Made by a program: the position numbers and the translations under genes. Positions 14,897 to 15,503 of a stretch of DNA of 15,503 nt are shown piece by piece. The notes under the pieces were generated by a model. The model had not been told where the DNA came from. It searched no databases and saw nothing but the letters and a program-made list of their open reading frames with translations. This DNA is from a bacterium (GTDB lineage Bacteria > Myxococcota_A > UBA796 > GCA-2862545): contig JAUHWK010000050.1 of assembly GCA_030424555.1 (NCBI GenBank), positions 1-15,503 of the forward strand, in the 5' to 3' direction. Every line of letters begins with the position of its first letter. Within the stretch, counting starts at the first letter, position 1.

Positions 14897-15503
14897 TCAG
14901 CCGCGGGGCGTGAGGGACTCGACGACGAAGGCCTCTCGGCGCGGATCGAAGGAGACGACGAGCGCCTCGCTGCCTCGCTGCAGGCCGTTGGACTCGGCAT
15001 CGCAGCGGACCTGGACGAGCAGGTGGTCGCCGTCGACCTGGACCTCGGCCTGGCCGAAGCTGCGGTCGACCCGGCCGGTGGTGACGGTGGCGGTGGCCCC
15101 GACCACGGAGTCGCGCGTGCGGCCAGCACGGAACTCGAACACGGGCAGCAAGGGCGTGGTGAGCAAGGACGCGCCCACCCCGCCGGCCACCCAGGCGCCG
15201 ACGAGCACGCCCGCGGATCCGGCGATCCAGGTGGCGCCCTCGGTCCCGCGCAGCATCACCGATCCCAGGTAGGACACCGCCCACCCGACCAGGAGCCACA
15301 CGGACAGGGTGATCGTGAGGGGGATGCGGCCGATGTGCAGTGCCTGCAGGACCGGGCCCAGGGACGAGGGAGCGTGACCGGCCTCTGCGGCCCCGTCGGC
15401 GGCGTCTGCCGCGGCGTCGACACCTTCCATGGCACCGTCGAGCGCGCCGTCGGCACCCTCGATCACCCCGTCGATCCCCTCCAAGGCGCCGTCGACCCCT
15501 TCG
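14897..15503 (-). CDS. NfeD-like (YqiJ/YuaF-type short NfeD) membrane protein with C-terminal OB-fold; partial, 5' end outside window
   Basis: Frame is open to the window edge; the ORF-track start at 15484 is a TTG. Two predicted TM helices (IPLTITLSVWLLVGWAVSYLGSVML; WIAGSAGVLVGAWVAGGVGASLL). C-terminal beta-rich segment GATATVTTGRVDRSFGQAEVQVDGDHLLVQVRCDAES...GSEALVVSFDPRREAFVVE is typical of NfeD OB-fold domains. Lies directly upstream of the flotillin gene, as in yqiJ-yqiK / yuaF-floT. Confidence 0.65.
   Translation of the reverse strand, partial: EGVDGALEGIDGVIEGADGALDGAMEGVDAAADAADGAAEAGHAPSSLGPVLQALHIGRIPLTITLSVWLLVGWAVSYLGSVMLRGTEGATWIAGSAGVLVGAWVAGGVGASLLTTPLLPVFEFRAGRTRDSVVGATATVTTGRVDRSFGQAEVQVDGDHLLVQVRCDAESNGLQRGSEALVVSFDPRREAFVVESLTPRG
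15391..15503 (-). repeat. Imperfect ~21-bp tandem repeat (at least 5 units, continuing beyond the window) encoding heptad repeats EGxDGxx / DAAADAA at the N-terminus of the NfeD-like protein
   Basis: Plus-strand units share ccgtcga(n)cccct...ggcgc with 21-nt periodicity (e.g. 15424-15444, 15445-15465, 15466-15486, 15487-15503). Translation on the minus strand gives EGVDGAL-EGIDGVI-EGADGAL-DGAMEGV-DAAADAA-DGAAEAG. Confidence 0.5.

Noticed and set aside
13083-15272. 729-aa plus-strand ORF and 420-aa / 162-aa minus-strand alternative-frame ORFs over the flotillin and NfeD-like genes
   Set aside because: They are antisense or out-of-frame to the flotillin gene. Leu/Gly/Asp- or Arg-rich low complexity arises from the GAG/GCC-rich coiled-coil codons of the flotillin gene.
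1-15503. Mobile elements, CRISPR arrays, tRNA/rRNA genes, prophage or defence-island hallmarks
   Set aside because: I found no terminal inverted repeats, transposase/integrase-like ORFs, regularly spaced direct repeats, or tRNA-like cloverleaf candidates. GC content and codon bias appear uniform across the window, arguing against recent horizontal insertion.

Overview
This 15.5-kb window is very high-GC (about 70%+) and densely coded, with strong third-position GC bias. The high GC produces many long spurious ORFs on both strands, so I called genes from recognisable protein motifs and start/stop context rather than ORF length. No rRNA, tRNA, CRISPR array or mobile element is evident.

Left third (1-5844) is a compact acyl-lipid/glycolipid-type biosynthetic cassette. 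On the plus strand, in order:
- the 3' end of a hotdog-fold (dehydratase-like) protein
- a stand-alone acyl carrier protein
- two tandem paralogous alpha/beta hydrolases (thioesterase-like)
- a GT1 UDP-glycosyltransferase
These are translationally coupled. Converging on this from the minus strand is a SAM methyltransferase (TIGR00027/LCM-like) followed by a condensation-domain-like (PapA5 / WS-DGAT-like) acyltransferase, coupled by an ATGA overlap.

Centre (5914-7161, +) is a clear bifunctional 6-phosphofructo-2-kinase/fructose-2,6-bisphosphatase, an enzyme rare in bacteria.

Right half (7168-15503, minus strand) is one operon:
- an NfeD/YqiJ-like membrane OB-fold protein (5' end outside the window, N-terminus built from 21-bp tandem repeats)
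- a flotillin (SPFH/band-7, YqiK/FloT-like) with a long Glu/Ala coiled coil
- a 1853-aa protein whose only recognisable module is a MoxR/AAA_5-type AAA+ ATPase at residues ~1280-1570, preceded by ~1250 residues of unassigned sequence
This flotillin-NfeD-giant AAA+ triad is my best candidate for an undescribed system: a membrane-microdomain scaffold coupled to a very large AAA+ machine, by analogy with HflK/C-FtsH.
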